Shown: piece after piece, positions 52,400 through 52,453 of the stretch
How positions within the stretch are numbered: the stretch's first letter is position 1
How the letters are laid out: every line of letters starts with the position of its first letter
NCBI GenBank assembly: GCA_964548505.1
Contig: CAZJQE010000001.1
Span: 1-52,453 of the forward strand
DNA length: 52,453 bases
Source: an uncultured Candidatus Saccharibacteria bacterium
GTDB taxonomy: Bacteria; Patescibacteriota; Minisyncoccia; Phycocordibacterales; UBA9973
Direction: 5' to 3'
The notes under the pieces: model-generated
Told to the model about the DNA's origin: nothing
Seen by the model: the letters and a program-made list of their open reading frames with translations, nothing else
Databases searched by the model: none
Program-made: the position numbers and the translations under genes

Positions 52400-52453
52400 T
52401 GGGAGATCGTCTAATGGTAGGACATATCCCTCTGGAGGATATTATCTTGGTTC
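52400..52453 (+). tRNA. tRNA-Gln (anticodon CUG), truncated by the window end
   Basis: Acceptor TGGGAGA. D arm GTCT-AATGGTA-GGAC. Anticodon arm TATCC-CTCTGGA-GGATA (U33, CTG at positions 34-36). T stem CTTGG followed by TTC... The U1 start is as in bacterial tRNA-Gln. Confidence 0.75.

Noticed and set aside
1-52453. Alternative genetic code (TGA recoded, as in some CPR lineages or Mollicutes)
   Set aside because: Long genes (gyrA, copA, the 1214-aa protein) are intact under code 11. Several well-defined genes terminate at TGA. The only suspicious in-frame TGA is at 26777.

Overview
This is a 52.4-kb, AT-rich window (about 30% G+C by eye, not computed). It is very gene-dense, and most genes lie on the minus strand. 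The gene content suggests a small-genome Patescibacteria/CPR-type bacterium (inference): tandem TrbC/VirB2-like 'T4SS pilin' paralogs, many small membrane proteins, a SWIB-domain protein, few biosynthetic genes, and the standard code with TGA used as a stop. Recognisable core genes are gyrA, guaA, mscL, bcp, a Pif1-type helicase, an AlkD-like repair protein, PGI/PMI, dgkA, a csoR-copA copper operon, a DsbB plus thioredoxin pair, a Kef-type antiporter and a truncated tRNA-Gln(CUG) at the right edge. No rRNA gene or CRISPR array was seen. The most interesting content is as follows. (1) A cobalamin-riboswitch-like leader controls two exported DUF4430 proteins. One of them is fused to a prenyltransferase-like alpha/alpha repeat domain, which makes it a candidate transcobalamin-like corrinoid capture module. 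(2) A repeat-bounded accessory island encodes a NYN RNase-like protein, a VRR-NUC-like nuclease, a DUF2075/Schlafen-type ATPase and a MazG/HTH chimeric remnant, with a possible antisense sRNA. (3) An IS200-like/RAYT tyrosine transposase is flanked by the palindrome TCGCAAGGACGGTCCTTGCGA, and further copies are dispersed in the window. (4) Several other short intergenic repeat or hairpin families are present, one with compensatory changes between copies. (5) A single-gene high-GC pepD insertion is present. (6) A 1214-aa surface beta-helix/LCAT-like lipase is present. All family assignments come from motif recognition in the translated ORFs, with no searches run. Coordinates of short elements were counted by hand and may be off by 1-2 nt.
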